A stretch of 64,000 bases of DNA from the human T2T-CHM13v2.0 reference genome, Homo sapiens. The position numbers were made by a program, and so were the translations under genes. Location of the stretch: the NCBI RefSeq assembly GCF_009914755.1, contig NC_060928.1. One strand, 5' to 3'. Each line of letters opens with the position of its first letter. Position 1 is the first letter of the stretch. The notes below the pieces were generated by a model. It was not told the DNA's origin and ran no database searches. It was given only the letters and a program-made list of their open reading frames with translations. Shown here one piece after another: positions 33,992 through 46,618 of this stretch.

Positions 33992-34249
33992 CTATCAGGT
34001 GTAGTTGTATATATACATACTTGAAGAACACAGGTGAGATTCTTAGGCCTATGCCCTAGGATATTGATTTCCAGTAATTTAATCTTTTCTTTTTTATTCT
34101 TCTCACCTGGAAAAAGAGGAAACTGAAATATTTGATCATTTACATTTCTTTATGACTCTCCATAGTCTACATTTGCCTAGCTTTGATCCACACTTGATAA
34201 CCCTTCAATGGCCTTGTCTCAATGCTCTTTCTCTTTGACTTCTCTAGGC

Positions 34250-34870
34250 ACCTGATGTTAGGATGCCCTTTTTAAAATGCTTTCTTTGATTTCCATGAAA
34301 TTGAACACATTATTTAAACACCTCTCCAAAGTATCCTCATTTTTTTCCCAGGAGTATCTTCCTTCTCCTACCATCTGGGCATCCATCAAAGCTGTTTACA
34401 GAAACTTCTCTTTTCAGTTTTCCCCTTGATTCGTTGACTCAACCCTGTAGCTTCAACTAATACCCCTATATGAATAACTACCAAAATCTAAATTGGAAAT
34501 ACAATCTCTCTGGCACTCTCCAATTCTATATATCAGCTGCTTACTCAGTATCACTATCTGTCTCTCCTGAATTCACCTTAAATTCAACCTGTCTAAAACT
34601 GAATAAGCGTCTTCTCCAGGGTGTATGTCTTCCTCTTCACTTTCTTTTTTATGTTGATGGTATTGGCATCCTCTAGTTACTAAAACTCTAAATCAAGTAC
34701 AGGAGTCACCTTAACCTCAATTGCCAATTTCTGCAGCATGTACCTCCATCAAATATCCTGTCTCCACCTCCTCATTTCCATTTTCACTTCCTCTTTTTTA
34801 AATAAAGTTCTCTCACCAAAACTGTACAAAATCCATTGCCTGTACCCACTACCACATTTAACTGATTTTG
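34250..34870 (+). mobile_element. L2 fragment
   Basis: GCTTCAACTAATACCCCTATATG...CTTAAATTCAACCTGTCTAAAACTGAA...GGAGTCACCTT. Confidence 0.6.
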
Positions 34871-36769
34871 GTTACTGCTCTTCTTAACTTTGTTCTCTCT
34901 CTAGGATTTGCTGTGTAACATGTTTAGGTAAAGCTCCTTCATAGCTAGTCTCAGCTATAGGGACCCACACAGCTGGTCTCAGCTATGGGAACTTCTCACT
35001 TCAGGTCCCAAGCCATAGTCTTCATACTATGGGAGGAAAGAACACACAAATCATCTCAAGTTATGGGTAACCCAATGAGCATAACACACTATAGAGATGC
35101 AGGGAATAACGCATAAGTTCTTCAAGGCATAGTTATTTTAGAGAAGTTAAAATTTCTTTCTCATTCTATGACTTCAAGAAATGAATCTCAAATAAATCCA
35201 TTGTAAACAAATCCAATACATACAAATAACAACAATATTTTGATTACTGATTACACTGTTAACTAATTCTTTTTTCACATCCCTATCCCTTAAGTTTCTA
35301 CATTAGGGTATTTGTCAAAAGTATAGCTTAGTTTATGCAGCTTAAAATGTTAGAAGGAAAAGCATTAGATCTGGAATCAGAAAATATCATCATTTTTCTT
35401 TCTGAATCATGGTCAGCTGTGTGAACTTCCTCAACTTTCTGAGCATCTCTGAGGACACACACACACACAAACACACACACAAATATATAATAATACAGAA
35501 ATAATGCTTGTCCTGATTATTTCTCAGAGTTGTTGGCAGGATCTAATTGGACAGATGTAAAAAGATATTCAAAGTATCCCAAACCAGACTAATCCGAATA
35601 AATCACCTGAGAGACTTCTGAGGCTCCCTGGCCCTCATCCTCATTTTTAAAGGCACTCTAGGTGATCTACCATTTGGAAACCATATTATATAAATTGTAA
35701 ATGCAGGTGAAAATTATTATTGTATTGCCAGCTACTACAATCTATAACATTTTCCTTTGCAGGTCATCAGTCATCATAGTTTCTGAGTTCAATAGCATTG
35801 TAGACCATCTTTGGATTGCTTTTAGTTATAGAGTTTATATAAGCTGCCATCCTAAATAAAATTTTAGAAGCTTTTGATAACAAATTTTAGCCTTTATTCT
35901 AAGGGAACCTTTCCTTCTGGAAGAGGGCTAATAGATTTAGTCATATTAGATTATTAGAGCATTCTGTAGTCTAAATTAATAACACAAATCCACTCTTAAC
36001 TTATTCACAGTGGATTAAGCTAAATTATTGGTATGTCAGAAAACCCAGAAACATATTTTAGAGTTTATAAAATGTATTGAGTGACAAAATACTTCTCACT
36101 CTAATACGTCTTGGTACTTCTGAATATTACCTTTCCAAGAACTGTAAGGTTTTTTTCCCTATGCATTCACTGTAACTGGATAATATATATTTCCAGAGGT
36201 AGCTGCTTTAATTTTATCTGTTACATAATCATTATTGCAATTTGGTGAACCATGATGTTTTTAAGACAGTGGCTTAAATATAAGAATGAGCTACTGAAAT
36301 AAAAACCAAGCATGGAACTAGAACTTACTTCCTTGCATTACATACAACTAGAAAGTTCTACCCTGTAATGTAGAAATTTCTACCAGTAACATATAAATTA
36401 CTACTTAGAAAGGTAGAACCAATGATTAGGTAAAACATAAAAGAGAGGTTAACCAGAAAAGAAGTCTAAAGATAGCTTTTTAAAAATTTATTAACATCAT
36501 TTTGTAGTATTCAGCAAAGGATTAATCACTCATGGTGACACATAAAACAAGGTCAAACCATTTTCTTTGGAACAACAATAAAAAGAAACCAGAGTATTTA
36601 GAAATGAATTTCTTCCAGGTGCTTAAGCTCCTCATTGCTTTGACAGGGTCCCAGGTCAGCACACCAGGCACTCATGATCAGGCCTTGATTCGCTTCCACA
36701 CCATTCATCAAAGGCCCTCCCTGTATTCTACGTGAATTAATTTCAATATTCCTTGAGCGGAGTTAGCAA

Positions 36770-37930
36770 GGCATAATGGATAATTACAAAGGCTTGCAGC
36801 TCAGACAGATTTTGGGTCCAATACTGTACCTGTCACTTACTAGCTGTGTGACTTGGGTACATACTAGCTTCAGTAATACTTTGCTGCACAAAGTGTCCTC
36901 TGTAGAGCAGCAGCATTGTCACTACCTGGGAGTTTGTTAGAAATGCAGACTCGTAGTATAGTTTGAAGTCAGGTACCATCTCACACCAGTTAGAATGGCA
37001 ATCATTAAAAAGTCAGGAAACAACAGGTGCTGGAGAGGATGTGGAGAAATAGGAACACTTTTACACTGTTGGTGGGACTGTAAACTAGTTCAACCATTGT
37101 GGAAGTCAGTGTGGTGATTCCTCAGGGATCTAGAACTGGAAATACCATTTGACCCAGCCATCCCATTGCTGGGTATATACCCAAAGGACTATAAATCAGG
37201 CTGCTATAAAGACACATGCACACGTACGTTTATTGCGGCATTATTCACAATAGCAAAGACTTGGAACCAACCCAAATGTCCAACAATGATAGACTGGATT
37301 AAGAAAATGTGTCACATATACACCATGGAATACTATGCAGCCATAAAAAATGATGAGTTCATGTCCTTTGTAGTGACATGGATGAAATTGGAAATCATCA
37401 TTCTCAGTAAACTATCGCAAGAACAAAAAACCAAACACTGCATATTCTCACTCATAGGTGGGAATTGAACAATGAGATCACATGGACACAGGAAGGGGAA
37501 TATCACACTCTGGGGACTGTTGTGGGGTGGGGGGACGGGGGAGGGATAGCATCGGGAGATATACCTAATGCTAGATGACGAGTTAGTGGGTGCAGCGCAC
37601 CAGCATGGCACATGTATACATATGTAACTAACCTGCACAATGTGCACATGTACCCTAAAACTTAAAGTATAATAAAAAAAAAAAAAAAAAGAAAGAAATG
37701 CAGACTCTCAGACCCACCTCTGGACCACTGAGTTGGAATCTGCATTTAAAAACAAAATCTTCCACTAAAATTGGCATTACAATTTAAGGATCATTGCTGT
37801 AAGCCACAGTTTTCTCATCTTTAAAAATAAGGTAAAACAGGGTTTAAAAATCCTTTATAAAGGTGCTTTATGGGATTAAATGGGAGTAACAATTAACAAC
37901 GGCTTAGCATGATACAGAAATATGAGCCTA
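36770..37930 (+). mobile_element. MIR interrupted by a MER5A-type DNA transposon, itself interrupted by L1PA2
   Basis: MIR CACTTACTAGCTGTGTGAC ... CAGTTTTCTCATCTTTAAAA; MER5A CAGCAGCAT...ACCTGGGAGTTTGTTAGAAATGCAGACTC | TCAGACCCACC...AATCTGCATTT. Confidence 0.7.
36953..37693 (+). mobile_element. 5'-truncated, 5'-inverted L1PA2
   Basis: 3'UTR AATGAGATCACATGG, GATGACGAGTTAGTGGG, CTGCACAATG; poly(A); 14-bp TSD AGAAATGCAGACTC at 36939-36952 and 37694-37707; 23-bp antisense ORF2 piece at the 5' end. Confidence 0.93.
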
Positions 37931-40900
37931 GAGTTAATATTATCAATAATTTTCAAAGGCACTTTTTGAAAATTGCCCATTTTAAGGGATATTTTTCCAT
38001 TTTAAGGAAAATAGTTTAAGGAATTTTAATAACATCATTTGATCATATACCAGTAAATAAAGCCACCAGGACTTAAATCTCCATAGTATGGCCACACATT
38101 TATATATTATATTCAGATGTACAGCACAAATATACTTTCCTCATTTTTCTGTAACTGATGATATTCTTCGTAGTGGGAGGGGGTGGAAAGACAAAACTTT
38201 GAAAGTTGTGTACTTATAATATTACAATCTCTTCTTATTTGGATGAAGTAACACCTTTTGTTCAATGCATTGTTCTTTTTTCCCTGCTTCCTGCTAAGGT
38301 GGTATTTTGTCCTTTGGAGATTCAAATAAGAAAGAGTCTTTCTGCCAGGAAATGATAGGTGAAAACTGGTCCCTTCATCTAAAACCAGTACCTTCTGGCC
38401 TCTCAGAGAAGTGTGCTGTATTCTACTGCTAGGTGCTGATTCTGATTGCCTAATTCCTGTGCACAGTGGCTTTTTATCCTGACTCAGACTCTCTCAGGAC
38501 ATCTATATTTCCTCAGAGGAGAATATGGATTGGTTTGGTTCAGCTGCATTTCATAGCCAGCTTGTGGAGAATGAGGAACAAGACTTCAGACTCACCGATT
38601 TGGCCACTTCACTCCACCATTGCAGCTCTGTCCCTCCCATGTTAAGTTGGCTGTGTTGCTGAGCTCCGACCACGGGGCGCTTCTCAGTGTTCATGACAAG
38701 CAACTGCAAAAACCCCCTCCCATTGCTTCTGAGAGTAGTTGTGCAGATGGTTACAATTCACCTACAATTCACGATAGTCCCGGTCTCAGAAAGGTATTCA
38801 AGTACTTGCTCTGCTTATTTCATACAGCCTATGCTTTTACCAAACCAAGCTAAGAACTGTTTTTGTGCAATCCTCAGGGTTCCCTAGCTTCATAGTTTGC
38901 CACAGTGTTTCCTTTGCCTGAAGTATCCACCCTCATCCCCATCTGACGTGTCCAAATGGTACTTATTCTGTGAGACCCAGCTCAAATGTCATATCCTCGA
39001 TGCCTCTATCTGTGATAATATTTTCTTTTTGACTCCAAAGTTCTTTCTTTGGTCATGTAGTTCCTATCTTACATGTCTTGCGTTTTCATAACAGACATAA
39101 ATAAAAGTTTTCTAAGTTCAGGAACAGTGTTTCATATGTTTATCTAAGTTCTACCTACTCCGCATCAAAAAACTAGCACGACTTTACTCAATGGTGGAGA
39201 GTCAATGAATATTATTGAGTGACCAAAGCCAACTTTCAGAAAGACTAGAAAACAGCTAATGTAGAAAAGGAGAAAGACAGTTTTCTAGATTGAGAGTTAG
39301 AATCATAGGCTCTTACAGCTTGAAAAATACTAGTTGAATCTTTTCATAGCATATTATTTGAAAAAACGGACGCCTATGTAAATAAGGATCCCAAATGAAA
39401 AGACTGGGCCAGATTCTAGGGCTCCCATTTTCCATTCTGGCATCCTTTTCAATTTAAATAACCTAATATTTTTTAATTATACAAACCCTATTATAGATAA
39501 AAATTTTGAAAAAATGTATTTATCCAAGATCATGACTCCAGAATAAATGAATTGCTATTATTCAGATGCTCATTTCAGCATTATCCATAAAAATGTATAG
39601 TTTTGCATAGATAATCCTGATTTACCTAAAATATCGTGTTTGCTTTATTTTCACTTAATATTATTCTACATTCCTTTTTCTTTGTTATTATTGTCACTAT
39701 AATTGAAACTTTTTATGGCCACATGAATTTCATTGAGTTAGCATACCAGGGTGCTCCTGGTTTCCCACTATTTAGTTAAAGCTAATACATAATTTTCTGC
39801 TTGTAGCTTTTATGTTTAATTGTTTCCAATTGGTATATTTCCAAAAATGAGTTTTCTAAATCAAAAATCTATAAATATCTTTATTGATTTTTCATCAACA
39901 CTATTAAACTGTTTTCCAAAGGTGTTGTTTTTAAAGGGATTATGCTACTTTTATAACCATCTGACAAGCATGTGTTATTGTTAATTTAAATGGGAAAAAG
40001 GTACTTGAATGTCACTTTAATCTGCATTTTCCTGATTATTAGCAATGTCTACTTCTTTACTCTTTGTAATTCTACTAATTGAGAATGTATGATTTATCTA
40101 TGTCTTTTGCCTTTTGGCTATTCTTAACATTAAGTCTTTTTTATCTTTGATGCAATTTTTAAAATTAATCTGCTTTTTGCCCGTCAAGAAAAAAATAAAA
40201 CCAACAGCAACACTGAGTTTAAAACAAAAGAAAAACTGGATCAGAAATGACCACAATTAAGGTTATAGTCTTCTCTGCCCTTCTTTTCTATTGCCCTCCC
40301 ACTAGTCACTTGGTTAATTTCTGTTCCTTTCTTGGGTCCAGGTTTGCTTTCTTCTCCCTGTTGTGCTTTCTTGAACTGTCTTCCCAAAGCTTCCATGTAG
40401 TTTGCAATATTCTGCTCTTTTGCAAGGCAACATAACAGTTTATCCTCATATTCCTTAATGTAATATTCCCCAAGGTGGGGTACAAGGTGGCACATACTAT
40501 TAATGGAATATAAGATAATTTAAAATGCTCTATAGACAAACTTTGTAAAAATTAATAACATTTTATTTAATCTATATTATTATCTACCTCCTGTTTATGT
40601 CAAGCTACACTGATTTTCCACTTCTGTGAAGAATTTATATAAAAAGATACTTAATAACATATATCTTTTTTGTCAGATGGACTTTTATTCCTCTCTCATG
40701 GAAAAGGAATGCAGAGGTAGGCTAGTCCAAACTGGAGACGAAGCTTTCTAGGGCTGTCAAAAACTCAGATTCCTTTCATCCTGTTTCTCTGCCACCCTCA
40801 GCATGTGGTATACACCCCATGGTTCAAGGTGGTAGCCTGAGTGCCACCATATTTAAGCTAGCAGTGAGAAGGATGTATGGCAATGTCATCAACTGAGCTA

Positions 40901-41157
40901 GTGTATGTTTTGGGAAGAAGACCATGATTCTAGTTTTAGATATGCTGAGTTTGAGGAAATGTTGAGACAGCCATTAACACTGTCAAGTAAGAGTCTGGTA
41001 CTTATAACAGAAATCTCGACTGGAGATGTAAATGTAGGGATTGCCGTCATATGCATGCTAATTAAGGCCACTGGTGTGGATAAGAATGCATAGAAATCAG
41101 TCTAGCATAAGAAGAGAAGTGAATCTAGCACTGAGCCTTAAAGAAATACCTATGTTA

Positions 41158-41456
41158 GGCCGGGTGACATGGTTCATGCCTATAATCCTAGCACTTTGGG
41201 AGTCCAAGGGGGGTGGATTGCCTGAGCTCAGGAGTTTGAGACAAGCCTGGGCAGCGTGGTGAAACCCCAGCTCTACTAAAATACAAAAATTATCCATGTG
41301 TGGTGGTGTGTGCCTCTAGTTCTGACTAGTTGGGAGGCTGAGGCAAGAGAATTGCTTGAACCTGGGAGGCAGAGGTTGTAGTGACCCGAGGTCAAGCCAC
41401 TGCACTCCAGCCTTGGTGATAAGAGACTCTGTCTCACAAAAAAAAAAAAAAAAAAA
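41158..41456 (+). mobile_element. AluS (older, Sz-like)
   Basis: Full dimer with GGATTGCCTGAGCTCAGGAG and a poly(A) tail. Confidence 0.88.
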
Positions 41457-41780
<324 letters not shown>

Positions 41781-43659
41781 TTAAATGGCAGTGTAGGAAA
41801 ATAAAAATTTAAAAACAGCCTGTAAAGGATACAAAAAATGAGTAGCCAGAGATGCAGGGTAAAGAAACAAAAAATAGGGGATTATGATGAAATATATGCC
41901 AAGAGGAGGAACTGTTGCAGATAGAAATCAAGCTGTTCTAAGGCCAAATAAGATGCAGTCTGAAAAATATCCATTGTATTTCATTGTATTTCTCAACATG
42001 GAAGTACTGATGATTTTTGCAAGATTGTCTGGTGAGAAGGTCTAACTGGAGTGGGTTGCTAAGTGGATGGGAAGTGAGGAAGTGCAAATGACAGATTGGG
42101 CAGCAGAACAGTGCAGTTGTTCCTGAGAAGGAACGATGTAGGTATTACACTTAGACCTTGCAGGAAAACAGTGGGATTTTTATTTTGTTTTGTTTTAAAT
42201 GGAAGATCTTGACATATATAAAAGCCAGGAATAATTCATTTCACAAGGAGAGAAGAAATATATAAGAGAGTGTGAGAATCCTGAAAGTACGGGAGAGGGT
42301 GGGAAGAAAAGCTCACCATGGTAGACATGGGCTTTAGCTAGGAGAAAGAAAGACAAGCTCCTCTATTAAAACCAGTTATAGCAAAGAATGATGAATGAAT
42401 GCATGGAAGTTAAAGCAGGGTGTGTAGGTGTTTACAGGAGAAGTACTCAGGGAAAGGTGCATATCAGGTCCTTCCCTAGTTTTATATAATTTTCTCCTGC
42501 TTATGGATATAGTCTACTGTTTTTAGTGGTGGTGGAATGGTAGGGGTGGGGAGCAGGAGAATAGTTCTTGCAGTGTGTTGTTTCATGATACAGAAATGGA
42601 ATCATAGTTTAAATGATTGTTACATAAGTTTCATATTTCTTTTAATTTGTAATAGAATCCTAGCAAGCTGGACATTACCTCACTGTCTCATCAAAAGCGT
42701 TGCTATTGCTTTCATTCTTTTTAATGACTTATTTTTCCAGTGGTATGAGGTACTGTGTAGAGCAATGAATCACAATTATTTTTGCACTTTGATTTGAGAA
42801 TTTCAGGTTGAATACAAAATGCTTTTCTCTTCTTAGTTTTATTTTACCCAACTAACTTATTATTCTATCCTATGACTCCTGTGTTATCTCTTTAACGTCT
42901 TTTTCTTTTCTATGACTTTCTGTGCCTTGAGTATCCTGATAAACTTTAGAGAAGTGGGACCAGTATCCTTACCTTGAACTTGGTAAAGTCTTGGGAGAAA
43001 TACGCCTCAATTTAGTCATTAAACACACACACCACACACACACACTTGTCAAAATCTGCAACTTTAATCCAAGACCAAGGAATCCTACTTTAAAAGGTCT
43101 GTCTCACCATAGGCTTTTTTTCTGTATTCCACGTGTACCAGTGATATAGGCAGAGAAATGTAGCAGATAAAGAAATGAATTTGGCTTCTGGAGCTTTTCT
43201 TTCATTTAAATACCACCTCTGTAATCTTAGACAAGTCACTAAACCTTGGTGCCTCTGTGTGAATTGGAAATAATTATATATCAACTCTTCACAAACCTAG
43301 AGTGCTATCGTGAGGATTAGGTCTAAAAGGCTCCTCACAGGTTTCTCATGCTTAAAGCACCTTTAATTATCCCTTTCTTAGTAATTGTATAAATCTCTAA
43401 GTTAATCCATTAAAGTCTAGTCATCATCTCTCTATTAGCAAGACCCAACTGGGCAGATAGTGTTGTTAGGATCATTGTGAGTCTCCCCAGGGTTCTTCCC
43501 CTTCCATTTCTGATTATGCTGTGAATATATTTCCAGAATTTCAGAGGGGTTTGCTTGCAAGCTAAAAGATCTTTGCAAAGGCTCAAAAAATACGGTCTGC
43601 TTCAGACAGAGAGAGGGTTTGCAATATGCGATGAATCTCTCAGTCCCATTAGAACCTTA

Positions 43660-43855
43660 AAGATGATGATAGCTCACATTTAATGTAATGATTAATGTGT
43701 ACCAGGACCATTCCAGGCACTTTTGCATGTAGACAAATAATTCTCAGATTACTTACTGATTAATATCATCATCATCTCTATTTTACAAACGAGGAAACTG
43801 AGGCACAGAGAGGCTAAATCACTTGCCCAGGATCTGGAGCCAAGTAATGGTGATA
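43660..43855 (-). mobile_element. MIR abutting the NPFFR2 promoter
   Basis: ATTTTACAAACGAGGAAACTGAGGCACAGAGAGGCTAAATCACTTGCCCAGG, MIR core. Confidence 0.85.
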
Positions 43856-43903
43856 CTGATGCTTCCTTTTCTTTGCCGCGCTCGGATTCTGAGTTTCACA
43901 AGA

Positions 43904-43924
43904 ATGTACCTGGGTGCCCCTTAG
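43904..43924 (+). other. 6-codon upstream ORF (MYLGAP*)
   Basis: agaATG TAC CTG GGT GCC CCT TAG, stopping 6 nt before the ATG at 43931; only relevant if transcription starts upstream of it. Confidence 0.5.
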
Positions 43925-43930
43925 CGGGAT

Positions 43931-44229
43931 ATGAATAGCTTCTTCGGAACCCCAGCGGCCAGCTGGTGCCTCCTGGAAAGTGACGTCTCATCTGCACCGG
44001 ACAAGGAGGCGGGGAGGGAGCGCAGAGCACTCAGCGTCCAGCAGCGCGGCGGGCCAGCCTGGAGCGGAAGCCTGGAGTGGAGCAGGCAGTCCGCGGGGGA
44101 CAGACGTCGGCTGGGATTGAGCCGGCAGACTGCGAAAAGTAGCTGGAGCCGGAGCAGGGACAGAACCTGTTGCTGCAGACGGGCTTGGTGGATTCTGGTT
44201 CCTGCCGCCGACAGGGCTCGCCGGGAGAG
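43931..44229 (+). CDS. NPFFR2: Neuropeptide FF receptor 2 exon 1: N-terminal extension of the long isoform (5'UTR in the shorter isoform)
   Basis: MNSFFGTPAASWCLLESDVSSAPDKEAGRERR...ADRARRER recognised as the NPFFR2 long-isoform N-terminus, which from memory continues FIMNEKW; phase-2 donor GAG|GTAACA at 44229/44230. Confidence 0.9.
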
Positions 44230-45398
44230 GTAACAGCATGGGCCAGTTTGTCTGGGGGCCCCCGCTTGGGGGCGCGACCCCTCTCTAATGCCCAACGCTT
44301 GCCTTGATGACACATATTAGCGATTGTGGACCGACACCTTGGATTTTTCAAATCCCTTCCTAATTACACAGGCACCCGCTTGGTCACTGGCCCAACACTG
44401 GGGGGCTTCTCTGCCCTGGATGTCTGCACCACAGATGGCTGTGGCCCCAGGCTTGCAGAGCAGGGACCTGGTCAAGGGATGTGGGGCGCTTTCTTCACCT
44501 TAAAGTTCCCCCCAAGCCCTCTCCGGGGCTGTATTGTGTTGTAACTTTGTTGAATTTCCTTAGCGGGTCTGAAGCTAGCGAGTTTCTAAACTGTTTTTAT
44601 CCGTGATGCTTCTAAGCAATGATCTTTGTGTATCTGAGGCTTCATCTTGTGCATTTCCACTTGCTAGAAAAGCTGAAATCAGGTTTCTGAGCTGCGTACA
44701 GGACACCAGAGTCCTTATTGAAGGCGTTTGGAGAGGTTTTATCCCCTTCTGGGAGTGAGATAGGGTTTCCAGACAATACCATTTTAGTTCTTCTGTCAAA
44801 CCATCAGGCATTTTCCAACAGTGCCGCCCTAGGTCAAATTTAGGGTCTGGAGGAGAGGAAAATGATCTTCTTCAAGCTGTCGTTCTAGTTAAAGACAGAA
44901 CTACTAACTAAAAACCAAAAATACATTTGTTCATCTCCCATTTCCCCTCAGCTATAGTGTAGATATTTGAAATATTTATTTCTTTTTAAAAAATCTTAAT
45001 GATAACATGAATTATACAAAGATGCTGGTTTCCTTTTTTTAATCCAAATATTCAAAGTTGTTTTAAACATATGTCTAAATTTCTAATTCCATTCACATCC
45101 AAATAACTTTCAAGTGGGAACTACTAATGAGAGGAAGGATGGAAAAATCAATGGTTTGTAAACTGTGAAGGACATATTTTTGTTTCCATCTGGATTTCTA
45201 ATTAAACCATAATAAATTGAGTAAAATTATCATAATAATGATGAATCTAAGTTATGGATGAATTTGCAAAATGGCTATAATGTGCTCAAAAATAGTGCCA
45301 TTATCATCAACAGAATGGCAATTGTATGCAGAGTTCAATTAGAGTCTTTCATCTGTTAAAAACTTCTATAGATCGATCATTTAATAAAACAGTGATGC

Positions 45399-45434
45399 AA
45401 TATAGTGCAGTAACAGTACCTACTGCACTATATT
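45399..45434. repeat. Perfect 14-bp inverted repeat with an 8-nt loop
   Basis: AATATAGTGCAGTA acagtacc TACTGCACTATATT. Confidence 0.9.
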
Positions 45435-46242
45435 TAAAGGCACATATTAACATTACAGACTGGCTATTGTAATAATAAAAAATGTGCTTTCTTTATTGCT
45501 TGAAAATAACATGTTACTCATATATCATTATCCTATTCTTTTTCTCAATATGTGTTTTTCCAAAATCCATACACCCCAATAAGATCTTTCTACTAGCCAT
45601 GATTTCTTCATGTCTATAGAAAACTTCAGAGCATTTGAGGCTTAAGCTTATTTTTGCTTCATCTATCTGTTTGTCTGTTTTATCTGGCAGTTTTATTCTT
45701 GGTGCATTTTGTGAACACATTACAAAGTATCTAAAATTATATATTAGAAATTCATTGTTTTATTTGTATGATTATTTTATCCCATAGTTCCTATAAATCA
45801 TACTGCTCACCAATACTCTCTTTTACAGATGTCAAAGACTATAGGTTGAATAAATATGAATTCACTATAAACCAATGAATGATTTCTTCCAGAAATATCA
45901 GTTTATTTATTGTAGTTGTTCTTCGGCTCTGTGTGTGTGTGTGTGCATGTGTGTGAGTGAGTGTGATTTTTTATGAGAATTCCATGCAAATGCCTCTGTG
46001 ATAAATATTTATAAACCTTTTCACTGTATTGCATTAAAATGGATTTCCAGCTGTAACATGGAACACAAAATAAGGACAACTTCATGCCTTGAAGCTTCAG
46101 ATACTTAAAAATAATAATTTTGTAAAATACTGCCCTCCTTATTATGGAAAAAAGGACATTGGTTTTAGCTAAAGACTTCAAAACTGTCAAGCACATTCAA
46201 AGAAAATGGAATAAATATAATCTCACATTCCTAAAACACATC

Positions 46243-46618
46243 TGGATTAGTCTATTCTCATGCTGCTATAAAGGACTGCCTGAGACTGGGTAATTTATAA
46301 AGGAAAAAGATTTAATTGACTCAAAGTTCTGCAGGGCTGAGGAGGCCTCAGGAGACTTACAATCATGGCAGAAGGGGAAGCAAACACGTTCTCTTTCACG
46401 TGATGGCACGAAGGAGAAACGCCAAGCCAAAGGGGGAAAAGCCCCCTATAAAACCATCAGATCTCATGAGAACTCACTCACTATCATGAGAATAACATGG
46501 TGGTAGCTGTCCTCATGATTCAATTACCTCCCACCAAGTCCCTCCCAAGGACACATGGGGATTACAAGAACTACAATTCAAGATGAGATTTGGATGGGGA
46601 CACGGCCAAACTATATCA
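46243..46618 (-). mobile_element. THE1C/D MaLR solo LTR
   Basis: TGGATTAGTCTATTCTCATGCTGC...GGGGACACGGCCAAACTATATCA. Confidence 0.9.

Larger units (their letters stand above)
43875..44340 (+). promoter_or_regulatory. NPFFR2: Small CpG-rich promoter/first-exon region of NPFFR2
   Basis: Only non-repeat CpG/GC-rich block in the window; GC-box-like GAGGCGGGGAGGG near 44006; CRE-like TGACGTCT at 43981; ends in a splice donor. Confidence 0.8.

Noticed and set aside
36349-36382. Paired GAAnnTTC units forming an imperfect inverted repeat, possible heat-shock element
   Set aside because: Only two-unit arrays, spaced out of the 5-bp register and far from a promoter
37523-37545. G-quadruplex-like G runs
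   Set aside because: Standard feature of the L1 3'UTR, not specific to this locus
43921-44351. Three overlapping minus-strand ORFs over exon 1
   Set aside because: Expected in stop-poor GC-rich DNA; no recognisable protein features
43988-44440. REST/RE1-like motifs TCTGCACCGGACAAG and TCTGCACCACAGATGGC
   Set aside because: Wrong half-site spacing or too many mismatches to call without ChIP data
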